DNA of 64,000 nt, from contig CM119265.1 in the NCBI GenBank assembly GCA_051294375.1, positions 10,309,042-10,373,041 on the forward strand, read 5' to 3'. Below the pieces are notes generated by a model that was not told the origin of the DNA, ran no database searches, and was given only the letters and a program-made list of their open reading frames with translations. The stretch comes from Paraspadella gotoi (taxonomy: Eukaryota; Animalia; Chaetognatha). A program made the translations under genes and the position numbers. Below are positions 58,001 to 64,000 of the stretch, one piece after another (positions within the stretch are counted from its first letter, which is position 1; every line of letters begins with the position of its first letter).

Positions 58001-59545
58001 TTGACTGAGTTTGACACTCACCCTGTAAAGAGGTTTCAGCAAAAATAATTCTAATATTGTAACTTGTATGTGCCCAATGATTATGGCTTCATTTTGGTAC
58101 TATTGCCATCCCTGTATCTTTGTTCCTTCAATGATATCAGGAAAAATCAGTTTTTTCTCTCAACCTTCCTTTTAATTTCTTATTAAATAAAAATTTCATG
58201 TTGTCAAACCAGACCAATGGACTTTACCACGTTGGTTTACTATGAGAGTTTGGTCAATAATGAAAAGAAAAAATTGGCAAGCTCCTGAGACAAGAGGCTT
58301 TCTAATATCTCATAATTCAAAGTAATATTTATAATGTTAACATACCCTAGCCCCGTTTACAATTTTTGAAAAGCAATTTCCCTTTCATTTCTATAGTAAA
58401 AACAAGGTTTGAAAATTCTCTGGAGATGACTAGTGCATTTCCCCTGGCTTGTTTATATATAATCCTTTATCAAATGCCATAAGACGAATTTGGCTATCTT
58501 AAGATATAACGCTATCGGAATCGTGTGTTTTTACAACTTTTTTACCCGAATTTCTGGCAATCTCGTTTGCAATTTGGGTAGTCAGATTTTAACGAAATCT
58601 CTATTAGAAAAATGTTAAATTTTTTTTAAAGCGAGATTCTCGTCTATCTTATGCATTGTTTTTCCATCTCACCCAATCCCTCCCCCGTATTATCACTCAC
58701 CTTTTCCACTTCCTCCCCTCCTTTAGCCTCGCCTCCTTTCCTCCTCTTAATCGAGACGAGTCCGTCGGCCATTCCGACCGCCAGGGCGGCATCGTCGGCG
58801 GCGACGTCAAGGGACAAAATCGGCGACGGAAAATCGATCGACGCCAAAGAAGCGAAACTCGATGAATCGTAGACCTGAAAAAAAGTTATTTTAAAAAGTA
58901 TTTCATTGCGATAAATCGGGGCTTTAAGCGAAAACAATTTGCCAGATTTTACCATTTCTTTTTATACTATCATCTGTTGTAAGGGCAGGGAAAGGTCAGA
59001 GCAGAGATATAAAAAGACTTCCTTCTTCCCTACGTCGTTTCATGAAAGACCCGAATTTCCCACTCACTTTAACGTGCTTGTCCAGTCCGCCGGAGAGAAT
59101 CCTCCTCCCGTCGGACGCCAGCGAAAGACACGTAATCGCTTTGTGATGGAATGAAAAGGTTTTGAGCGGACGGCCGCCGCTCAAAACGTCCCAGGCGGTG
59201 ATGCTGGTTCCGCCGGCCGTGAGAAAGATGGAACCAGAGGCGAGAAAGAGGACGGCGTCGACTGGTTGCCCGTGATCAACCGTCATCGCCGCCGCCATCG
59301 AACGTGAGTCGAAGAGGCGCGCCCGGTGGTCGTAAGATGCCGCGAGAAAGGAGGCGGGGTCGTGAGGTGCCGCAACGCCGCAGCGGACGTAATCCCCGAA
59401 GGCGTCGTCGAAGACTCGAACGATCGATTCGGAGGGCGTGTCGAGGAGGCAGACGCGGTTGTCGTCACCACCGGAAACGATGTGAAGGTTGTCGCCCAAA
59501 AATCGGGTCACGTGAACCGCGGCGTTGTGAGCGTCTTTAAATGTC
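55004..59545 (-). CDS. UTP15: U3 snoRNA-associated protein 15, 5' exons not found in window
   Basis: WD40 exon ~59069-59545 (DYVRCG..SYDHRARLFD..DHGQPVDAVLF..HHKAITCL..SGGLDKHVK), exon ~58700-58873 (PSPILSL..AVGMADG), C-terminal exon from 55004 (YDVYFRKFQHSKALD..VMEELMRR..AVAGR). Confidence 0.9.
55737..56243 (-). mobile_element. Tc1-family transposase C-terminal fragment in a UTP15 intron
   Basis: VMVFGAIS..FMEDNAPPH..WPGNSLDLNPIEIVW..ESMPNRINEVVKSKG, typical of the Tc1 DD34E catalytic region; N-terminal half absent. Confidence 0.85.
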
Positions 59546-60074
59546 CTTTTTGACGTGGAAAAAATTCGAACAATATATTAATGGAAAGAAAAAGCTGTTA
59601 TTTACTTATAGTTATAATTGTATTAAAACTTGCCCCAAAAAACTTTTTCACGACTGACAACGCTGAAAACGACTCTTCTAATCTTTTGGGTAACCAGATT
59701 ATAAAATCTTATTTGCAAAAAAAAATTATTTTTCGTTTAGCGGTACAAGCGGTTTTTAAAATTTTTTAGTTATCATCTCAGTCTCACCTATTAACTTTTA
59801 CTAAAATTTCGGTAAATTCGCTACAAAAGAGCTCAAAGCGTAAAACAGAAACAAAAATCTTAAAATACATATCGGTTTGAAAAAAAAATGTTTGTACATA
59901 CTGAGTTAAAAATAAAACAGACTAACGCTAAACCTCTCTAGAACAAAACCCCCTGAAGAACATCATTAAAAGATTTATTTAATTTCATTTTTGGGTTTAT
60001 TTTATTTCTTGCTCGATCTTCGGCAGGATTTAGCCGGCCGCTGCTCGGCATCAACCTCCCAAAAGCCATCTTGC

Positions 60075-61992
60075 TCAGGCCATCCTCGCATATTCCCTTT
60101 CAAAGAGTGACGATACCTTTTGGGCCAAAAAAACGGGGTCGTCAATCGTTACACACCACGCGAAAAACCAGGAACATGGCCCATAATTGATTCCACCATG
60201 GCGGCGTGGGCGAGGATTCCGGTTTGATCCACGGGAGGCAATCTTGTTCCTCCTCGAGACAACGCGCGTCGCATCTCCGGCAGGGACCCTTACAAAGTAT
60301 CCTCGGACCCATGCAACGCTGACTCTGACAGGGCGGCGAACGCCGGCCGACTGGCTCGATGGCGTAAAAAGTTGTGAAGTCCAAATCCCAGCCATTGTCC
60401 TTACATTTGGATCGATAGGGCGGTGGGCCGTAACGAGGCTTAGTCTGGCAACGGTCTTCGTCCTGTTCCGAGTGGCTGTCGTCGCAGGGGCAAGGGTTTT
60501 TCTGAATCTTGGGTCTGCACACCGCCTCTCTTTCGAAAGGTCCGAAGGGCCACTCCTTGTCCATTCGATCTGAGACGGAACAAGTATCGAACCCGCAACG
60601 ACTTTTCGGCTTCCCTTCTTCTTTGTCCAGCCGTTCGCGGAAGAGTTTAGAACAAGGACGTTTTTCGATATAAAAGTTCCACGGGTGATCGTCTTCTTGC
60701 ACCACTGGAATTCGAGGCGGACTCCTCCGTCTTTCCGCGTGCGCTAAGTTGAGTCGGACGTCCTCCGAATAATAACTTCTCATCGGCGGGAGAGATTGAT
60801 ATCTGATGGCCGGCCTTTCTGGGTTATTATCGAGAGTCTCGGGAGGTATTAGCCGAATCGATCCGTTGCTTTCCCTGTCTGGTCTTCCCAAGCTTCTTCG
60901 ACGCGGCGCGTGACTACCGAGATCGCTGAAGTCAGTCGCACCACCTCCATTGAAGCGAGTTCCGCTTCCATTAGTGTAATCAGCCCCCATTTCAGAACTT
61001 CCACCTTCCACGCCATGCCCGGCTTGACTGGTGACACTGGGTCCAATTCGACCGTCGATAACTCTGCCGCCAGAGTTTGATCCGTGGCCAGCCCCGCTGC
61101 CAATGCTGTGCCTGGGCCCGTTGCCTGAACCGTGCCCTGACCCATTCCCCGAACCGTGACCGATTGTGCCGCCTGATCCACGCCCGGTAGTGCCGGTCAA
61201 TCCCTGATCGATTGTGCCACCCGATCCATGAGCGATCGTGCCAACCGATCCGTGTGCGATCGTGCCACCCGATCCATGTGCGATCGTGCCACCCGATCCA
61301 TGTGCGATCGTGCCACCCGATCCATGTGCGATCGTGCCACCCGAACCATGTGCAATGGAGCCACCAGATCCATGCATGATTCTACCACCCGGTCCATGCA
61401 CGATAGTGCCACCCGGTCCATGCACGATAGTGCCACCCGATCCGTATGCGAATGTACCGCCCGATCCGCGTCCAGAGCCGCTGCCCGAACCGTGCCCGCC
61501 GGCCACAATATGCGCCGGCCCGCTTCCTCCACTTTCCCCGCCGTCCTGACTCAACGCCTCGTCCTCGTTTACAAAGTGCGTTTGTCGCAGATTTGGTGGT
61601 TTCGTTTCATTCTGACCCGAGTACCGAAATCTCGGATACGAATCCAGAGTGGAGGTGCTCGTCTGTTCGGTTTTCATCATGATCGGACTGAAGTAAAGAA
61701 AAAAATAATATTAAAAAGAAAAAGTTAACCCTTGTAGGAGAGTCTCACACGCTGACGAACTCACTCGCGTCTCTTCATCAGACCCGACGAAGACGCCACT
61801 CCGGGTTTTCTGAAGGGAAAAGAATCTGGAATCGCAGTCGTGTCTCTGTCTCACTAAAATGTAGAAGCGAATCTCTTGCGGATTTATCGAGGACTCTTGT
61901 TGACTATACCCCAAAGACTATTTCGAACTATCAAAATAAAATTAAAAGGCTAAACCAAAGACTCAATTCAAAGACTCGAAAGTTGTTGACGT

Positions 61993-62061
<69 letters not shown>

Positions 62062-63606
62062 GACCCAATAATAAGAAACCTTATGGGCGACTTTTTCGTC
62101 ATAGGCCTCGTAGGCGACGACGCGAGCTTCTTTGGCGGCGGATGAGTTACGACTTCCTCCGAGCCGCTGACGGCGCTCAATTCGTCCTGATCGATCTCCT
62201 CCACGGAATATTCCTCGTAGGTTTGGGGAGGCAGCTGCTTTTCGACGTCACGATCCTGCAACTTCCTGATCACTTTCGGCTTGGGATGAGGATGCGGCTG
62301 CGGATGCGGATGCGGCTGCGGCCTCGGCCGTTGCTTGACCTGCACTAGCCGCCTAGCCGGCCGTTCCCTCGCATAAGCTCTTCTCTTCTTCTCTCGCGTA
62401 GGCGTCTCGGAAATCGAATCCACGGAATAAGTCTCCGACTGCTCCTCGGAAAAGTCTTCCGTCACCGAACCACCCGAAGAAGACGACCTCGACGGGCAAC
62501 TAAGAGACAAAGAAAAAAAAAGAACGGGAAATCGTATCGCGCTTTTTGCATCACATCAAAGTAATCCATTTTATTATTGTGGTTCAATGATGAATTTAAC
62601 GAATTATTTTAAGCCCTTGTAATCTCACCCGCAGGTATAACCGGATTTCGTCTTCCGCGGCTCTTTCATGTGACCCCGGTGAGATTTATTCTTGCTCGGG
62701 GGTCTTTTCTTTTTTCGCGATTTTGTCCTCGCGTTGTAATTATAGTTGCAGAAATGTCTGGGATCAAACCTGGGCGCAGCCAAGCACTGGAGAGGCGCAG
62801 GTGGCGCAGGCCCCCACATAGGACTGTACCGCGGAGGTTGGGACCATTCGGGGCCCCGCCGTGCGGGGCATCGCACTGGCGGCGGACATGCAGGCTGACA
62901 GAGCTGTGGCGCGCAAGGCTGAGGCGCGCAGGCCACTGGAGCACAGGGCGCGGGAGCGCATGGAGCGGGCGCGCAGGCCTGAGGTACGCATGGCTGGGGT
63001 TGGCAGACTTTTGGCACGCAGCAACCCGCAGCTCGTCGCTTGATGCAATTACGCTCAATCATAGCCAAGTCTTCTCGCATCAAATAAAGATCCTGAGGAT
63101 TGATAAATTCAAAGGGGATTCAAGAAATCGCTATTGTGAATGAACCGAAAAATCCCGACAAATAAGGCGAACACCTTGTTCGTTTTAGAGCAGTTACGGA
63201 GATCCCAGTAGGCGTTGTTCTTGTTTAATCCCCACGGAGGCGAATGCACGCTGGGGTGAAAAGAAAAAAGCCGATGCACGCGTGATTCATATTAAGAATC
63301 TCGAAGGGAACAGAAGCCGAATAAAAGGCTCGAAGAAATCAACATCAGTTACTGTCATGAGAACCGAAAAACGCCGTCCTCGAAGATGTCGAACTTGCGG
63401 CCCAAATCGGATGGGTAGTCGCAGTTACATCCGGTCGGTCGCAGCTCGTAGTCAAACTCGGGACCCCCGTCGTACCGATTGCAGTTTTCCTAATCGACAT
63501 GGAAAACAGGGTTCAGGTTCACCAGTCACCTCCGGATTCTATCCGCAAAAAGGCCGCCACTCACTCTGAACCACTGGGCCCATTTCTGCATGCGGTCTCT
63601 CCTCAT
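60075..63606 (-). CDS. Multi-exon orphan gene: Cys/Pro-rich repeat segment, acidic/basic linker, (GSGGTIAH)n repeat, Cys-rich C-terminus
   Basis: GC-rich exons with GT-AG boundaries: MRRDRMQKWAQWFR / ENCNRYDGGPEFDYEL.. / ..PPWGLNKNNAYWDL.. / CCVPKVCQPQPCVPQACAPAPCAP.. / 512-aa ORF at 60142-61680. Exact ends uncertain; could be two genes. Confidence 0.6.
61210..61445 (-). repeat. 24-bp coding tandem repeat (about 10 units) encoding G(S/P)GGTI(A/V)H
   Basis: cgatcgtgccacccgatccatgtg units visible on the plus strand. Confidence 0.9.
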
Positions 63607-64000
63607 TCTGGGAAAACGGTGCAAGACAAATATATATATATTGTTTTAACGTCATTACAAGCACAGTAAGCGTGATTAGATTCGGTAAGTATTTCTTTAT
63701 GAGTTTATTTGTGCAAAAGCAAAATATTTTTTTTGCCAAATATTTTGACATGTATTTTCATATCATCATCAGTGGCAGACAAATATATTTTTTTTGAAAT
63801 CAGTAATAAAAGAGAGAGAGAGAGTGTAAGGACACATCAGTTTAAGTCAACTGATGTTTTTCACTGATGGTCGTAATTGTTAACAATTATCCAATCGAAT
63901 TCTAATACAATTGAAACATTCTTTGAAATATTTTCCACTTCATTGATAGGGAAGCCAGGTACTCTGGGAGTGAATAAACGGGACTGTGAGAGAGTCTTGA

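Overview
Eukaryotic (invertebrate animal-like) genomic DNA: GC/CpG-rich exons, AT-rich introns full of non-autonomous DNA transposons, many (AG)n tracts. Recognisable spliced genes, nearly all on the minus strand: LRWD1/ORCA (3' part missing from the window), a divergent VDAC, a C2H2 zinc-finger gene with a MADS-like N-terminus, RNF141, SLC25A44, a plus-strand histone-H1/AT-hook gene hosting a SNORD94-like U6 guide RNA, C6orf136-like, TMEM43, UTP15 (5' part missing) and a Cys/Pro/Gly-His-rich orphan gene. Mobile DNA includes a frameshifted Penelope-like retroelement with direct terminal repeats, a Penelope-type hammerhead ribozyme, Helentron-associated (HINE-like) elements, several foldback/MITE elements and a Tc1 transposase fragment. 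The most unusual part is 1-7.5 kb: a head-to-tail array of about 12 short (~90-120 aa) intronless orphan ORFs from three paralogous families (families A and B mostly alternating), followed by one larger gene. They are separated by mostly ~50-135-nt AT-rich spacers that end in a 3' splice acceptor and are loaded with ACTTACC(T), the exact complement of a 5' splice site and the sequence of the U1 snRNA 5' end. I interpret this as a candidate polycistronic unit resolved by spliced-leader trans-splicing, with a built-in anti-donor guide element. That interpretation, and all protein family assignments, come from reading by eye and were not tested by any search. Frequent indels in 1-11.5 kb may be assembly errors.
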